Of a DNA stretch of 64,000 nucleotides, positions 62,814 through 64,000 are shown one piece after another; the stretch's first letter is position 1; the number at the start of each line of letters is the position of its first letter. Both the position numbers and the translations under genes were made by a program. The stretch is from Felis catus (Eukaryota): contig NC_058368.1 of assembly GCF_018350175.1 (NCBI RefSeq), forward strand, positions 185,506,001 through 185,570,000. The letters run 5' to 3'. Under the pieces are notes generated by a model, which saw only the letters and a program-made list of their open reading frames with translations, did no database searches and had not been told where the DNA came from.

Positions 62814-63030
62814 GGGCACTTGAGTGGTTCAGTTGGTTAAGTGCCTGACTTCGGCTCAGGTCGTGATCTCACGGTTTGTGGGTTTGAGCCCCGCATTGGG
62901 CTCTGTGCTGACAGCTCAGAGCCTGGAGCCTGCTTTGGATTCTGTGTCTCCTCTCTCTGTCCCTCCCCTGCTCCCGCTCTGTCTCTCTCTCTCTTTCTTT
63001 GTCTCAAAAGTAAACATTAATTTTTTTTAA
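62814..63030 (+). mobile_element. Felid SINE
   Basis: SINEC body. Perfect 15-bp TSD aagaggctatattca at 62799-62813 and 63031-63045. Confidence 0.95.
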
Positions 63031-64000
63031 AAGAGGCTATATTCAAATCAATCCAAAGAAACATGTTTATTTTGTGCATGTAATTGTATTATAGGAGCTA
63101 TAATTCATTTGTAATACATTTACAATACTCAGATACATCCATGACTTCAGACACTTCAAATATTGATGAATAGGTAAAACAAACATAGGCATAATCACAA
63201 TACATGTAGATTAAGCTCCAGGTATCAGCAAGAAGATGGAATATCCAGTTAGGCACCCTAGGAAGGTGACCTAACAGAAGGTTTTGAGATGATGTCAGTG
63301 GATGTGGAACATTATAAAAGGTGGAGATGACAAGAAAGGCCAAATAGGCAGAGAGAAAAACACTAGCAAGGACAGAGCAGGTCCTAATCCATAAACAAGG
63401 GAGGTTATGTAGGGCACTCAAGAAAAAGGTATATCAAGCTCAGATAATAGGGGTCTTGAAGGTTATAATCACGAATCATTTTTAACCTGTTCAGTAGAGT
63501 AGATCTGCAGAAGGTTTATTTTTTTCCATAGCCTGGACAGATTTTACATAGATAAAAATTCTTGTGTATTCTTTAGTCACTAGCAACTTTTTCCTGAATT
63601 GGGCCTCAGTTCTAATATAAAAATATAAAACTATTTATCTTTAAAAACCTGTTTGGCCTTGTGATACCACCTTCCTTCTGAAATACTTTTCCAATTAACT
63701 TTCAGTCCATTCTAAGCCTGATAAATAGAGATGAAACAATGTTCCCCAATATAGATAGTAACAGCTGATATGTATATAAGTTAATGCAGTAGATTTCCAT
63801 TTTCCATTCTTAGACTTTTGGAAGCTTTGAAGGAGTGAGAAAAAAATCAAATAGAAGAGGATTTTCAGAAATTTGTCAAGGTTTTCCAAGTAGAACTTGA
63901 AGACTCTTTTAAATAAATTAATGGAAGTCTTGATCATTTTGCATGTATAAGAAAGTTTCCAGAAAGATTGCTTTACTTGTTGGATCCATCAGATAGAAGA

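Overview
AT-rich mammalian non-coding DNA (intronic or intergenic), almost certainly from a felid. It carries 26 tRNA-derived carnivore SINEs, three of them near-consensus, CpG-intact copies of the cat-type SINEC_Fc, plus carnivore-type LINE-1 3' ends. Most recognisable content is interspersed repeat: SINEs (many with readable target-site duplications, TSDs), two 5'-inverted (twin-primed) LINE-1 insertions, older L1/L2/MIR fragments, MaLR (MLT1) and ERV1-type solo LTRs, hAT and Tigger fossils, and long microsatellites. I recognise no host protein-coding gene, rRNA, true tRNA or CRISPR array. The supplied ORFs are SINE or microsatellite read-throughs, decayed L1 ORF2 pieces, or chance ORFs. Subfamily names come from my recall of consensus sequences and need RepeatMasker/Dfam confirmation. 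I found no evidence for a new biological system. The best leads are modest: two well-resolved twin-primed L1s, an inverted pair of young SINEs sharing non-CpG variants, a 13-kb SINE-free interval with two exon-like segments and motif clusters, and a 228-nt pure pyrimidine tract.
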